From the NCBI GenBank assembly GCA_964016885.1, contig OZ024745.1:11098001-11162000 (forward strand): DNA of 64,000 nt. The letters are read 5' to 3'. This document shows, piece by piece, positions 15,001 through 24,600 of this stretch. The notes below the pieces were generated by a model. That model did not search any database and had not been told where the DNA came from. It saw nothing but the letters and a program-made list of their open reading frames with translations. The DNA is from Eledone cirrhosa (taxonomy: Eukaryota). The number at the start of each line of letters is the position of its first letter. Positions within the stretch are counted from its first letter, which is position 1. The translations under genes were made by a program, and so were the position numbers.

Positions 15001-16714
15001 AAAGGACAATAACATTAAACAACCCCCCTACTAAAGGACAATAACATTAAACAACCCCCCTACTAAAGGGCAATAACATTAAACAACCCCTCTACTAAAG
15101 AACAATAATATTAAACAATCCCCTACTAAAGGACAATAACATTAAACAACCCCCCTACTAAAGCACAATAACATTAAACAACCCCCCTACTAAAGGACAA
15201 CAACATTAAACAACTCCCCCTACTAAAGGACAATAACATTAAACAACTCCCTACTAAAAGACAATAACATTAAACAACCCCCCTACTAAAGCACAATAAC
15301 ATTAAACAACCCCCTACTAAAGGACAATAACATTAAACAACCCCCTACTAAAGGACAATAACATTAAACAACCCCCCTACTAAAGGACAATAACATTAAA
15401 CCACTCCCCCTACTAAAGGACAATTACATTAAACAACCCCCTACTAAAGGACAATAACATTAAACACCCCCTACTAAAGGGCAATAACATTAAACAACCC
15501 CCTACTAAAGGACAATAACATTCAACAACCCCCCTACTAAAGGACAATAATATTAAACAACCCTCCTACTAAAGGACAATAACATTAACCCCCCTACTAA
15601 AGGACAATGACATTAAACAACCCCCTACTAAAGGACAATAACATTAAACAACCCCCTACTAACGGACAATAACATTAAACAACCCCTCTACTAAAGAACA
15701 ACAATATTAAACAACCCCCTACTAAAGGACAATAACATTAAACAACCCCCCACTAAAGGACAATAACATTAAACAACCCCTACTAACGGACAATAACATT
15801 AAAGAACCCCTCTACTAAAGGACAATAACATTAAACAACTCCCATATTAAAGGACAATAACATTAAACAACCCCCCTACTAAAGGACAATAACATTAAAC
15901 AACCCCCCTACTAAAGCACAATAACATTAAACAACCTCCCTACTAAAGGACAATAACATTAAACAAATCCCCCTACTAAAGGCCAATAACATTAAACAAC
16001 CCCCTACTAAAGGACAATTACATTAAACAACCCCCCCTACTAAAGGACAATAACATTAAACAACCCCCCCTACTAAAGTGCAATAACATTAAACAACCCC
16101 CCACCTACTAAAGGACAATAACATTAAACAACACCTCTACTAAAGGACAATAACATTAAACAACCCTCCTACTAAAGGACAATAACATTAAACAACCCCT
16201 CTACTAAAGAACAATAACATTAAACAACCCCCTACTAAAGGACAATAACATTAAACAACCCCACTACTATAGGACAATAACATTAACCCCCCCACTAAAG
16301 GACAATAACATTAAACAACCCCCCCACCTACTAAAGGACAATAACATTAAACAACCCCCTACTAAAGGACAATAACATTAACCAACCTCCCTACTAAAGG
16401 AAATAACATTAAACAACCCCCTACTATAGGACAATAACATTAAACAACCCCCTACTAAAGGACAATAACATTAAACAACCCCTCTACTAAAGGACAATAA
16501 CATTAAACAACCCCCTACTAAAGGACAATAACATTAAACAACCCCCTACTAAAGGACAATAACATTAAACAACCCCCTACTAAAGGACAATAACATTAAA
16601 CAACCCCCTACTAAAGGACAATAACATTAAACAACCCCTCTACTAACGGACGATAACATTAAACAACCCCCCCTACTAAAGGACAATAACATTAAACAAC
16701 CGCCCTACTAAAGG
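1..16714. repeat. ~31-bp tandem satellite array (roughly 530 monomers, continues past the left edge); consensus AAACAACCCCCTACTAAAGGACAATAACATT
   Basis: Continuous head-to-tail repeats are directly visible. Monomer length varies (mostly 30-33 bp) through the poly-C tract. The plus strand has only 2 G per monomer, and the ORF track reports nothing here. The array ends at ...CGCCCTACTAAAGG (~16714). Confidence 0.98.
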
Positions 16715-16780
16715 GACATCTTTTATTTCCACCTTATTTCACACCCCACATATTTTCACCTTTCATTTTTCATTGCTTAC

Positions 16781-16850
16781 CAACGCCATCTTGTTTTAAA
16801 TATAAGGATTACCATTCCTCTTACATCACAGAACTTCTTTAGTTATATAC
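16781..16850 (-). other. Candidate exon containing a start codon (5'UTR + ATG GCG TTG, then donor)
   Basis: The minus strand reads aatataacag|GTATATAAC...AAAACAAGATGGCGTTG|gtaagc. The donor is near-consensus and the ATG (16789-16787) is in a strong context (A at -3, G at +4). The acceptor has no polypyrimidine tract, and all three frames are closed upstream of the ATG. Motif evidence only. Confidence 0.25.
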
Positions 16851-16867
16851 CTGTTATATTGTTTTTA

Positions 16868-17506
16868 TTGTTGTGGTTGTTGTGGTTGTTGTTGTTGTTG
16901 TTGTGGTTGTTATTGTTGTGGTTGTTGTGGTAGTTGTTGTTGTTGTTGTGGTAGTTGTTGTTGTTGTTGTTGTGGTGGTGGTGGTTGTTGTGCTTGTTGT
17001 TTTTGTTGTTGTTGTTGTGGTTGTTGTGGTTGTTGTTGTGGTTGTTGCGGTTGAGGTTGTTGTTGTTGTTGCGGTTGTTATTGTTGTTGTTGTGGTTGTT
17101 GCTGTTGTGGTTGTTGTTGTTGTCGTTGTTGTAGTTGTGGTTGTTGTTATTGTTGTTGTTGTGGTTGTTGTTGTTGTTGTTGTTGTTGTTCTGGTTGTTG
17201 TTGTTGTGGTTTATTGTTGTTGTTGTTGTTGTTGTTGTGGTCGTTGTTGTTGTGGTGGTTGTTGTGGTTGTTGTTGTTGTGATTGTTGTGGTTGTTGTTG
17301 TTGTGGTTGATGTGGTTGTTGTGGTTGTTGTTGTGGTTATTGTTGTTGTGGTTGTTGTGGTTGTTGTTGTTGTTGTTGTGGTGGTGGTTGTTGTTGTTGT
17401 TGTGGTTGTTGTTGTTATGGTTGTTGTGGTTGTTATTGTTGTTGTTGTTGTGGTTGTCGTTGTTCTGGTTGTTGTTGTTGTTGTGGTCGTTGTGGTTGTT
17501 GTTGTT

Positions 17507-17537
<31 letters not shown>

Positions 17538-17546
17538 TTGTTGTGG

Positions 17547-17580
<34 letters not shown>

Positions 17581-18181
17581 GGTTGTTGTTATTGTTGTTG
17601 TGGTTGTTATTGTTGTTGTTGTTGTTGTTGTTGTGGTTGTTGTTGTGGTTGTTGCTGTTGGGGTTGTTGTTGTTGTTGTTGTGGTTGTTGTGGTTGAGGT
17701 TGTTGTTGTTGTTGTGGTTGTTATTGTTGTGGTTGTTGTGGTTGTTGCTGTTGTTGTTGTTGTTGTTGTTGTGGTTGTTGTTGTTCTGGTTGTTGTTGTT
17801 GTGGTCGTTGTTATTGTTGTTGTTGTTGTTGTGGTTGTTGTTGTTGTGATGGTTGTTGTTGTTGTTGTTGTTGTGATTGTTGTGGTTGTTGTTGTTGTGG
17901 TTGTTGTTGTTGTTGTTGTTGTTGTGGTTGTTGTTGTTGCTGCTGTTGTGGTGGTGGTGGTTGTTGTTGTTGTGTTTGTTGTTGTTGTTGTTGTGGTTGT
18001 TGTGGTTGTTGTTGTGATTGTTGTTGTTGTTGTTGTTGTGTTTGTTGTTGATGTTGTTGTGGTTGTTGTTATTGTTGTTGTGGTTGTTGTGGTTGTTGTT
18101 GTGGTTGTTGTTGTTGTGGTTGTTGTTGTTGTGGTTGCTGTTGTGGTTGTTGTTGTTATTGTTGAGATTGTTGTTGATATT
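16868..18181. repeat. Imperfect (GTT)n/(GTG) trinucleotide microsatellite, ~1.3 kb
   Basis: Directly visible. It is the source of the poly-Val, poly-Leu/Trp and poly-Cys ORFs. Confidence 0.97.
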
Positions 18182-18248
18182 GGTAGTAGTGGTCGTAGTA
18201 GTAGTAGTAGTAGTGGTAGTAGTGGTCGTGGTAGTGGTGGTGGTAGAG

Positions 18249-18289
<41 letters not shown>

Positions 18290-18511
18290 GGTGGTGGTGG
18301 TAGTAGTAGTAGTAGTGGTGGTAGTAGTAGTAGTACTGGTAGAAGTTGTGGTAGTGGTAGTAGTATTAGTTGTGGTAGTGGTTGTGGTAGTAGTAGTAGT
18401 AGTGGTAGCAGTAGTTCTAGTAGTAGTAGTAGTTGTAGTGGTAGTAGCAGTAGTAGTAGTAGTAGTAGTAGGTGTAGTGGTAGTAGTAGTAGTAGTGGTA
18501 GTAGTAGTTGC

Positions 18512-18543
<32 letters not shown>

Positions 18544-18764
18544 CAGCAGTAATAGTAGTAGTAGTTGTAGTGGTAGTAGTAGTAGTTGTAGTGGTAGTAG
18601 TAGTAGTAGTGGTAGTAGTAGTAGTTGTAGTGGTAGTAGTAGTGGTAGTAGTTTTTGTAGTAGTAGTGGTAGTAGTGGTAGTAGTAGTAGTTTTTGTAGT
18701 AGTAGTAGTTGTAGTGGTAGTAGTAGTAGCAGTGGTAGTAGTAGTAGTTGTGGTAGTTGTTGTT
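18182..18764. repeat. Imperfect (AGT)n/(GGT)n trinucleotide microsatellite, ~580 bp
   Basis: Directly visible, abutting the (GTT)n tract in the same 3-nt register. It is the source of the poly-Ser/Gly, poly-Val and poly-Tyr ORFs. Confidence 0.97.
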
Positions 18765-18859
18765 TAACCTTTCATTGCTGTCCAATGATGTTCATCGTTG
18801 ATGAGGTCATCTGTCATTCACCTACATTAGAACCTCTCTACCTGTCTACGTTGGTGTTG

Positions 18860-19194
18860 CCGCCACCACCACCACCACCCCCACCGCCGCCACCGCCACC
18901 GCCACCACCACCACCATCACCACCACCACCACCACCGCCACCGCCACCACCAACACCACCACCACCACCACCACCGTCACCACCACCACCACCACCGCCA
19001 CCGCCACCACCAACACCACCACCACCACCACCACCGTCACCACCACCAACACCATCACCGCCACCACTACCACCACCACCACCACCACCACCACCACCAC
19101 CACCACCACCACCACCACCACCACCACCACCACCACCACCACCACCACCACCACCAGTACCACCACCATCACCACCACCACCATCACCACCACC
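18860..19194. repeat. Imperfect (CCA)n trinucleotide microsatellite, ~335 bp
   Basis: Directly visible, with an internal 60-bp periodicity of interruptions (18901-18960 vs 18961-19020). It is the source of the poly-Pro translation. Confidence 0.97.
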
Positions 19195-19202
19195 TTCTTC
19201 AT

Positions 19203-19225
19203 TCTACAACCTCTCACTCTACAAC
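19203..19225 (+). repeat. Candidate target-site duplication, left copy (TCTACAACCTCTCACTCTACAAC, 23 bp)
   Basis: It is identical to 19685-19707 and immediately abuts the element's tail. Confidence 0.75.
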
Positions 19226-19245
19226 TTACTTGTACTTGTACTTGT
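19226..19245 (-). repeat. RTE 3' terminal microsatellite tail (ACAAGT)3+
   Basis: The plus strand has (ACTTGT)3 at 19228-19245, preceded by a partial ACTT. RTE-clade elements typically end in short tandem repeats rather than poly-A. Confidence 0.85.
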
Positions 19246-19253
19246 GTCGACAT

Positions 19254-19678
19254 TCACCCTGGACGGGTTCAGCCGGCTTCTTCCCTTGTCCTGACGGCAT
19301 CCCGATCTTGGCAGCCCACCAACGGCGGTCCCGAGCTCGGTCACTGGAGATAGCGAGCCAGCCACGGTTCCATCGGCGCAGGCCGACCACCTGCGGACCT
19401 GAGAGTTCGGAGAGGTCCTCCTTGATCGCCGTTGCCCAGGTCTTCAGCTGCCCGCAAACGCGCTTTCGCCAGTTTGGGAGTGGAGGTGGGAGGAGAACAT
19501 CGCGGATCAGTTCACCCTCAGGGCACCGGTCTGCGTGACCAAACCATCTCAAGCGCCGTTGCAGAAGCACTGAAGGAAGGGGTCGAAGATTCAGGCGAAA
19601 ACGAAGACTGGCGGTAGGTACCCGATCAACGCGTCGGCAGCGAAGAATGCGGCGGTGACAGTCATTGTCGAAGACCTC
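19254..19678 (-). pseudogene. Remnant of RTE ORF2 C-terminal region (downstream of the RT domain), disrupted
   Basis: The frame is open from E-V-F (19678) to W-A-A-K-I. An apparent 1-nt deletion near 19303-19305 follows, and the shifted frame continues RDAVRTREEAG*TRPG*, with a premature TGA at 19271-19269 and the probable true stop at 19256-19254. No RT or endonuclease domain is present. The track's start codon at 19699 lies in the flanking minisatellite. Confidence 0.8.
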
Positions 19679-19684
19679 CCGCCC

Positions 19685-19707
19685 TCTACAACCTCTCACT
19701 CTACAAC
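19685..19707 (+). repeat. Candidate target-site duplication, right copy (also the start of the 37-bp minisatellite)
   Basis: It is identical to 19203-19225 and abuts the 5' truncation point. Confidence 0.75.
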
Positions 19708-20595
19708 CTGTTGCATGTCTCTCTACAACCTCTCACTCTACAACCTGTTGCATGTCTCTCTACAACCTCTCACTCATCAACCTGTTGCATGTCTCTCTAC
19801 AACCTCTCACTTAAAACCTGTTGCATGTCCCTCTACAACCTCTCACTCTACAACCTGTTGCATGTCTCTCTACAACCTCTCACTCTACAACCTGTTGCAT
19901 ATCTCTCTACAACCTCTCACTCTACAACCTGTTGCATGTCTCTCTACAACATCTCACTCTTTAAACCTGTTGCATGTCTATCTACAACCTCTCACTCTAC
20001 AACCTGTTGCATATCTCTCTACAACCTCTCACTCTACAACCTGTTGCATGTCCCTATACAACCTCTCACTCTACAACCTGTTGCATGTCTCTCTACAACC
20101 TGTTGCATGTCTCTCTACAACCTCTCACTCTTTAAACCTGTTGCATGTCTCTCTACAACCTCTCACTCTTTAAACCTGTTGCATGTCTCTCTACTACCTC
20201 TCACTCTACAACCTGTTGCATGTCCCTATACAACCTCTCACTCTACAACCTGTTGCATGTCTCTCTACAACCTCTCACTCTTTAAACATGTTGCATGTCT
20301 CTCTACAACCTCTCACTCTTTAAACCTGTTGCATGTCTCTCTACAACCTCTCACTCTTTAAACCTGTTGCATGTCTCTCTACTACCTCTCACTCTACAAC
20401 CTGTTGCATGTCCCTATACAACCTCTCACTCTACAACCTGTTGCATGTCTCTCTACAACCTCTCACTCTTTAAACCTGTTGCATGTCTCTCTACAACCTC
20501 TCACTCTTTAAACCTGTTGCATGTCTCTCTACTACCTCTCACTCTACAACCTGTTGCATGCCTCTCTACAACCTCTCACTCTACAACCTGTTGCA
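19685..20595. repeat. 37/38-bp minisatellite, ~24 units; consensus CTCTACAACCTCTCACTCTACAACCTGTTGCATGTCT
   Basis: Tandem units are directly visible. A 38-bp variant with CTCTTTAAACCTG is common in the distal half, and one unit near 20090 is shortened. Each unit contains TCTACAACCT twice. Confidence 0.96.
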
Positions 20596-21646
20596 GTTCT
20601 GTCAGTCTTGGCTATGTACAGTTTCTTTTGTTGTCTGTATTTTGTTGTATTGAGAGTACTCACCATGGTAGGTGTGCAGTGATTAGAGTCGCTATTTTCT
20701 TGTTTATATGCATATGTTTAAGTGTTGGGTCTGGTTAAGTACTTGTCTAAATATTAAATATTTGTGAGGCAACAGTGTCCACTTTTCCCCCATCTCTAGT
20801 GTTTAAACAGCCAACTTGGCCAACATTCTGGAGATTCTGCCAATTGGTCGCCTGTATAGACTGGGCAGCCAAAAGAAGTTTGAATAATTGTTTCTTCCCA
20901 ATATTCTAATCTATTTAGGTTTGTTAGATGGTTTTCAGAGTTTTTTGGGGAAAACTATAAATATTTTACCAACATTACTCCTAGTGAAACGTACAAACGT
21001 ACATCAATAAAGAAATGTTATACACCCTTTCATGTTTTTTGCTGAGCCTAGCATATAACCCTTCGACGAGCTAATGAAGGAACTTCTACATGATAACACG
21101 ACCTGCTTGGAATATTAGCAAAGTCTTTCTAAAGTCACACCTAAACCCTCTATTAATATTGGGAAGATATACTAAATAGTTTAGAGATAAGCTATGTCAA
21201 AAAAGACGGAATGGTTTATGACAAGGATACCTTTTAATCATACGTCAGCTTGATTAAACATGGGGATAAACAACAACAAACACATGTTGTTTGTAAAAGA
21301 GATGGTTGAATGCTTAGTGCCAAAATATGAGAAACACAAACAAATCTCCAAAGAATATGGAAGTATTAATAGTATATGAAACAACCGTTGTGCTTCTAGT
21401 TACACGACTAAAACTGTGAGACGAGGAGTTTGTTAGACTCTTTCAGGAATTAGGGTAACTGGTACCCTTGCCAAGTACAATGGATGTAGTAGCTGAGTGA
21501 CTATTAGAGGCAAATGTGTTTCTCTAAACCAGTGATTCCCGAGAGGGGAAATACACTTCACAGTGCATAAATTTGAATATTTAAGAGGGGTAGTTTGAAA
21601 ATAATGTGAATTAGAACAAACTTCAGGTTTTATTTGATTACTTTTA
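20596..21646. other. Unique AT-rich non-repetitive spacer (intronic or intergenic)
   Basis: There is no periodicity and no credible long ORF. It is the longest stretch of complex sequence in the window. Confidence 0.7.
20664..20746 (-). other. Candidate 83-nt non-coding (UTR or lncRNA) exon
   Basis: The minus strand reads aatatttaatatttag|ACAAGTAC...CCTACCATG|gtgagt, with a consensus GTGAGT donor and an AT-rich TTTAG acceptor. All three frames contain stops. Motif evidence only. Confidence 0.25.
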
Positions 21647-24600
21647 CCCAAGGCAACCTCGGTAAACATTACTGTCAGAAACCACTGCCTCACCTCCTCT
21701 TCTACATGTTATTGGTACCACCTAGACACCAAGATAACTTTGGTACACATTACTGTCAGAAATCCCTGTCTCACCCCCTCTTCTACATGTTATTGGTACC
21801 ACCTAGACACCAAGATAACTTTGGTACACATTACTGTCAGAAACCCCTGTCTCACCTCCTCTTCTACATGTTATTGGTACCACCTAGACAACAAGATAAC
21901 TTTGGTACACATTACTGTCAGAAACTCCTGTCTCACCTCCTCTTCTACATGTTATTGGTACCACCTAGACACCAAGGTAACTTTGGTACACATTACTGTC
22001 AGAAACCCCTGTCTCACCCCCTCTTCTACATGTTATTGGTACCACCTAGACACCAAGATAACTTTGGTACACATTACTGTCAGAAACCCCTGTCTCACCT
22101 CCTCTTCTACATGTTATTGGTACCACCTAGACACCAAGGCAACTTTGGTACACATTACTGTCAGAAACCCCTGTCTCACCTCCTCTTCTACATGTTATTG
22201 GTACCACCTAGACACCAAGGTAACTTTGGTACACATTACTGTCAGAAACTCCTGTCTCACCCCCTCTTCTACATGTTATTGGTACCACCTAGACACCAAG
22301 GTAACTTTGGTACACATTACTGTCAGAAACCCCTGTCTCACCTCTTCTTCTACATGTTATTGGTACCACCTAGACACCAAGGTAACTTTGGTACACATTA
22401 CTGTCAGAAACCCCTGTCTCACCCCCTCTTCTACATGTTATTGGTACCACCTAGACACCAAGATAACTTTGGTACATATTACTGTCAGAAACCCCTGCCT
22501 CACCTCCTCTTCTACATGTTATTGGTACCACCTAGACACCAAGGTAACTTTGGTACACATTACTGTCAGAAACCTCTGTCTCACCTCCTCTTCTACATGT
22601 TATTGGTACCACCTAATCACCAAGGTAACGTTGGTACACATTACTGTCAGAAACTCCTGTCTCACTCCCTCTTCTACATGTTATTGGTACCACCTAGACA
22701 CCAAGGTAACTTGGTACACATTACTGTCAGAAACTCCTGTCTCCCCTCCTCTTCTACATGTTATTGGTACCACCTAGACACCAAGATAACTTTGGTACAT
22801 ATTACTGTCAGAAACCCCTGTCTCACCCCCTCTTATACATCTTATTGGTACCACCTAGACACCAAGGTAACTTTGGTACACTTTACTGTCAGAAACTCCT
22901 GTCTCACCCACTGTTCTACATGTTATTGGTACCACCTAGACACCAAGGTAACTTTGGTACACATTACTGTCAGAAACCCCTGTCTCACCTCCTCTTCTAC
23001 ATGTTATTGGTACCACCTAGACACCAAGGCAACTTTGGTACACATTACTGTCAGAAACCCCTGTCTCACCTCCTCTTCTACATGTTATTGGTACCACCTA
23101 GACACCAAGGCAACTTTGGTACACATTACTGTCAGAAACTCCTGTCTCACCTCCTCTTCCACATGATTTTGGTACCACCTAGACACCAAGATAACTTTGG
23201 TACACATTACTGTCAGAAACCCCTGTCTAACCCCCTCTTCTACATGTTATTGGTACCACCTAGACATTAAGGTAACTTTGGTACACATTACTGTCAGAAA
23301 CCCCTGTCTCACCCCCTCTTCTACATGTTATTGGTACCACCTAGACACCAAGATAACTTTGGTACACATTACTGTCAGAAACTCCTGTCTCACCTCCTCT
23401 TCTACATGTTATTGGTACCACCTAGACACCAAGGTAACTTTGGTACACATTACTGTCAGAAACCCCTGTCTCACCCCCTCTTCTACATGTTATTGGTACC
23501 ACCTAGATACCAAGGTAACTTTGGTACACATTACTGTCAGAAACCCCTGTCTCACCTCCTCTTCTACATGTTATTGGTACCACCTAGACACCAAGGTAAC
23601 TTTGGTACACATTACTGTCAGAAACCCCTGCACCACCCCTCTTCTACATGTTATTGGTACCACCTAGACACCAAGGTAACTTTAGTACACATTACTGTCA
23701 GAAACCCCTGTCTCACCCCCTCTTCTACATGTTATTGGTACCACCTAAACACCAAGATAACTTTGGTACACATTACTGTCAGAAACCCCTGTCTCACCTC
23801 CTCTTCTACATGTTATTGGTACCACCTAGACACCAAGGTAACTTTGGTACACATTACTGTCAGAAACCCCTGTCTCACCCCCTCTTCTACATGTTATTGG
23901 TACCACCTAGACACCAAGGTAACTTTGGTACACATTACTGTCAGAAACCCCTGTCTCACCCCCTCTTCTACATGTTATTGGTACCACCTAGACACCAAGG
24001 TAACTTTGGTACACATTACTGTCAGAAACCCCTGTCTCACCTCCTCTTCTAAATGTTATTGGTACCACCTAGACACCAAGGTAACTTTGGTACACATTAA
24101 TGTCAGAAATTCCTGCCTCACCCCCTCTTCTACATGTTATTGGTACCACCTAGACACCAAGGTAACTTTGGTACACATTACTGTCAGAAACTCCTGTCTC
24201 ACTCCCTCTTCTACATGTTATTGGTACCACCTAGACACCAAGGTAACTTGGTACACATTACTGTCAGAAACTCCTGTCTCCCCTCCTCTTCTACATGTTA
24301 TTGGTACCACCTAGACACCAAGATAACTTTGGTACATATTACTGTCAGAAACCCCTGTCTCACCCCCTCTTATACATGTTATTGGTACCACCTAAACACC
24401 AAGGTAACTTTGGTACACTTTACTGTCAGAAACTCCTGTCTCACCCACTGTTCTACATGTTATTGGTACCACCTAGACACCAAGATAACTTTGGTACACA
24501 TTACTGTCAGAAACTCCTGTCTCACCTCCTCTTCTACATGTTATTGGTACCACCTAGACACCAAGATAACTTTGGTACACATTACTGTCAGAAACTCCTG

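Larger units (their letters stand above)
19226..19684 (-). mobile_element. 5'-truncated RTE-clade non-LTR retrotransposon (LINE) 3' fragment, ~460 bp
   Basis: This is a GC- and CpG-rich island in AT-rich surroundings. The minus-strand translation EVFDNDCHRRILR...LLQRRLRWFGHADR...GQLKTW...DRRWW matches the recognisable RTE ORF2 C-terminal pattern (F.N.CLRRIL, RRLRW.GH, GRP/GQLKTW, DR..W). It has a very short 3'UTR ending in a tandem-repeat tail and is flanked by direct repeats. Confidence 0.9.

Noticed and set aside
1-16714. CRISPR-like array (repeat length ~31 bp; also the 37-bp array)
   Set aside because: The repeats are contiguous with no unique spacers, the variable part is only a C-tract, no cas genes are present, and the context is eukaryotic.
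16873-19294. 719-aa poly-Val/Ser/Pro ORF and overlapping low-complexity ORFs (extensin- or formin-like)
   Set aside because: They are translations of trinucleotide microsatellites with non-ATG starts, are open in several frames, and run into the antisense LINE tail.
19230-19617. Plus-strand ORFs of 102 aa and 61 aa
   Set aside because: They are antisense shadows of the GC-rich RTE fragment.
19655-20738. Cys/His-containing repeat ORFs (SLQPLTLQPVACLSTTSHSTTCC)
   Set aside because: They are read-through of a 37-bp minisatellite whose length is not a multiple of 3, so the same peptide cycles through all frames.
20799-20887. Possible plus-strand terminal exon after a pyrimidine-rich CTCTAG acceptor (…ANLANILEILPIGRLYRLGSQKKFE*)
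   Set aside because: It is a single short frame with no recognisable homology and no supporting plus-strand exons upstream.
21451-21470. TAGGGTAACTGGTACC resembling the satellite's AAGGTAACTTTGGTAC about 200 bp before the array
   Set aside because: The match is short and gapped and does not extend, so it cannot be distinguished from chance.
21433-21693. 86-aa minus-strand ORF
   Set aside because: It starts inside the first satellite monomer, has no recognisable motif, and its length is within chance expectation.
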